Shown here piece by piece: positions 62,389 to 64,000 of a DNA stretch of 64,000 nucleotides; positions within the stretch are counted from its first letter, which is position 1, and each line of letters opens with the position of its first letter. Made by a program: the position numbers and the translations under genes. The stretch covers positions 58 to 64,057 of the forward strand of contig JBDRMR010000001.1 in NCBI GenBank assembly GCA_043812035.1. Direction: 5' to 3'. The DNA comes from Candidatus Omnitrophota bacterium (GTDB lineage: Bacteria > Omnitrophota > Gorgyraeia > Gygaellales > JAHJCI01). Below the pieces are notes generated by a model. It saw only the letters and a program-made list of their open reading frames with translations. It was not told the origin of the DNA and did not search any database.

Positions 62389-63320
62389 TCCTTTATTTTC
62401 TCTATAACTGCCTGCGCCAGAAGCGGAAGCATAATCTCATGATGGCCGATAATGTAATAACCCCTGCCCCCCGTTAATACCGGGCGGCGCACTATGTTTT
62501 CCGACGGACGGTAGAGGTAAATCATATCAAAGTTTGCCGTAGTGAAATCCTTTACCTTAAACCCCAGATTTCTGGCGAGGTTCAGGGCTTTAAGGAACAC
62601 CTCGGGCAAGACTACCGCCGACCCGAAATTAAGCAAGACTCCTCCCTGATTCATCCTGGAGACTACCTCAACCAGGGTGCGAAAATCGCGCAGGCTACCC
62701 TCGGCAGTCAAGCCGGCATTAAAATCGGGATGCTGGTGGATTACGTCTGTTCCTATAGCCACGTGGACGGTCACCGGGATACCGAGTCTGCCGGCCTGGT
62801 AAATGATGCTTAGTTTCTTATAAGGCAATCTCTGCTTTGCCATTGCCTCGCCGATTGCCCGACCGATGCCCAAACCCTTAGCTACTCCGCGGGCTATTGC
62901 CTGATTTAGAAACTGCGCGGTCTTACGGTTCATGCCGAAGCTTCCGTTGCTGAGCAAAGCGGCTACGTCCTCGGAGGTCTTCCCTTGATAAGCAATCTCA
63001 AAATCATGAATTATTCCCGCTCCGTTTAAGCTGAGGCAGGTGATGATTTGTTTTTTGAGCAGCTCGATAATAACCGGATTCAGGCCGCATTTAATTACGT
63101 GCGCTCCGCACATGAATATCACCGGCTTGTTAATTCTTTCGGCTTTAATAATCGCCTGCGCTATGTTGCGCAGTTCCTTTCCCTTTAAAATATCAGGCAA
63201 TGAATTATAAAAATCAACAAAGCTCTTCTTTCGTTTCGGAGCGCCGGCGAAATCTGCCTTGTTGACCTTTAAGGCACCCGTCTTGGGCAAATAGGTTTTG
63301 ACTTTGTTAAAATTTATCAT
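62385..63320 (-). CDS. hypothetical protein, possibly deoxyhypusine synthase-like (DHS-like NAD-binding fold); function unknown
   Basis: 311 aa. Weak pattern similarity to the DHS family (LNGAGIIHD, GSAVV...K). Embedded in the LPS core cluster. Confidence 0.3.
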   Translation of the reverse strand: MINFNKVKTYLPKTGALKVNKADFAGAPKRKKSFVDFYNSLPDILKGKELRNIAQAIIKAERINKPVIFMCGAHVIKCGLNPVIIELLKKQIITCLSLNGAGIIHDFEIAYQGKTSEDVAALLSNGSFGMNRKTAQFLNQAIARGVAKGLGIGRAIGEAMAKQRLPYKKLSIIYQAGRLGIPVTVHVAIGTDVIHQHPDFNAGLTAEGSLRDFRTLVEVVSRMNQGGVLLNFGSAVVLPEVFLKALNLARNLGFKVKDFTTANFDMIYLYRPSENIVRRPVLTGGRGYYIIGHHEIMLPLLAQAVIEKIKE

Positions 63321-63335
63321 TTTAGGTTAATTATT

Positions 63336-64000
63336 TTAGCACGATTTCAGAAGGGCGTCAATGGAATCCAATACCTTGTTTACGTCAATTTTGTGCATGC
63401 ACTCAACGGTATCAAATTTACACTCGGGGCTCCTGCAGGGACGACAGTCGATCCCTGCGCTTACTATCTTAAATTTGCCTGACCAGGGCCCGTATCTTTG
63501 CTCATCGCTTGGGCCGAATAACCCGACAACGGGAACGTCCAGATAGCTGGCTAATTGCAAAACCCCCGTATCGCACACAACTACCAGAGAGGACTGTTTC
63601 AGAAGGAAGGCGAGTTGAGCTAAATTTGTTAACCCCGCAAAATCAAAGATTTTGCCTCTTGCGTCAGAAATTCTTTCCCCCGCAAAACTAGTACAGCCAT
63701 CATAAATGTATTGGGTGAGTTCTTTGTCTTCTTCTCTACCGACAAGAATAACTGTATAATTCCTGGTCAAACTCCCGCAGAGTTGAACAAACTTCTCCCT
63801 GTCCCATCTGCGCGTTTTGCCTCCGGCAGCTGCACTTAAGATAATAATCTTATCGGCCTTGCCGATTTTGTTTTTTTGCAAAAGACTATCCATATAATCT
63901 TTGTCTTCCCGGCCGATAAAAAGAGATTTCGCTTCTGCCTTGCCGAAAGATTCCGGGTTCATTAATGCTTTCTGCAACCTGTAAAGATTTTGTTCTCTCA
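63336..64000 (-). CDS. ADP-heptose:LPS heptosyltransferase (glycosyltransferase family 9), C-terminal portion; gene continues past window end
   Basis: GT9 C-terminal motifs (GLFGPSDEQRYGPW, CRPCR). The open frame runs to the window edge, so the track Met at 63977 is probably internal. Confidence 0.65.
   Translation of the reverse strand, partial: REQNLYRLQKALMNPESFGKAEAKSLFIGREDKDYMDSLLQKNKIGKADKIIILSAAAGGKTRRWDREKFVQLCGSLTRNYTVILVGREEDKELTQYIYDGCTSFAGERISDARGKIFDFAGLTNLAQLAFLLKQSSLVVVCDTGVLQLASYLDVPVVGLFGPSDEQRYGPWSGKFKIVSAGIDCRPCRSPECKFDTVECMHKIDVNKVLDSIDALLKSC

Overview
This 64 kb window is a dense stretch of bacterial chromosome in which every credible gene, about 65 in all, lies on the minus strand. 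The plus-strand ORFs in the track are all antisense shadows of these genes. The gene content points to a Gram-negative, LPS-producing anaerobe with a Wood-Ljungdahl (reductive acetyl-CoA) pathway. Gene order, read in the direction of transcription from high to low coordinate, is as follows. First comes an LPS core block: a GT9 heptosyltransferase (partial at the window edge), a DHS-like protein, heptose-7-P kinase, kdsB, kdsA, kdsD, kdsC, one LptA/LptC-like protein and lptB. Next are a trigger factor that lacks its PPIase domain, clpP, a class V aminotransferase, a PilZ-PilT fusion ATPase, serA, an LeuA-family short-form synthase and purA. Then follow an OmpA-family lipoprotein, a coiled-coil lipoprotein, a DUF4912-like protein and a GH57 glucan enzyme. 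After these come uppS, cdsA, dxr, rseP, ispG, proS, rimP, nusA, infB, trpS, scpA, ruvB, a DUF2905-like protein, tgt, trmD, rplS, rnhB and yraN. A Wood-Ljungdahl block follows: fhs, an FchA-like cyclodeaminase, folD, a VIT-like membrane protein, metF, cooS, a CooF-like ferredoxin, a Pta-N-terminal-like DRTGG protein, an FAD/NAD oxidoreductase and acsB. The window ends with a TPR protein, polA, glgA, coaE, rho, rpmE, prfA, prmC, murA, trpGDCF, rpsO and pnp. Two families of non-coding elements stand out. The first is a set of six intergenic palindromic elements built from tandem 7-nt units (TAGCGTW on one arm, its complement ACGCTAW or TATACGC on the other). They fill the short spacers between co-directional genes and sometimes overlap stop codons or abut start codons. 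The second is a conserved structured element of about 100 nt, with compensatory base changes, that sits in the 5' leader position of two ribosomal-protein genes (rpsO and rpmE). A near-consensus sigma70 promoter (TTGACT-17-TATAAT) lies just upstream of the rpsO copy. Other points of interest are the CODH/ACS gene set without the corrinoid protein or methyltransferase genes in this window, the orphan PilZ-PilT fusion, and the trigger factor without a PPIase domain. No tRNA, rRNA, CRISPR array, transposase or prophage signature was recognised.
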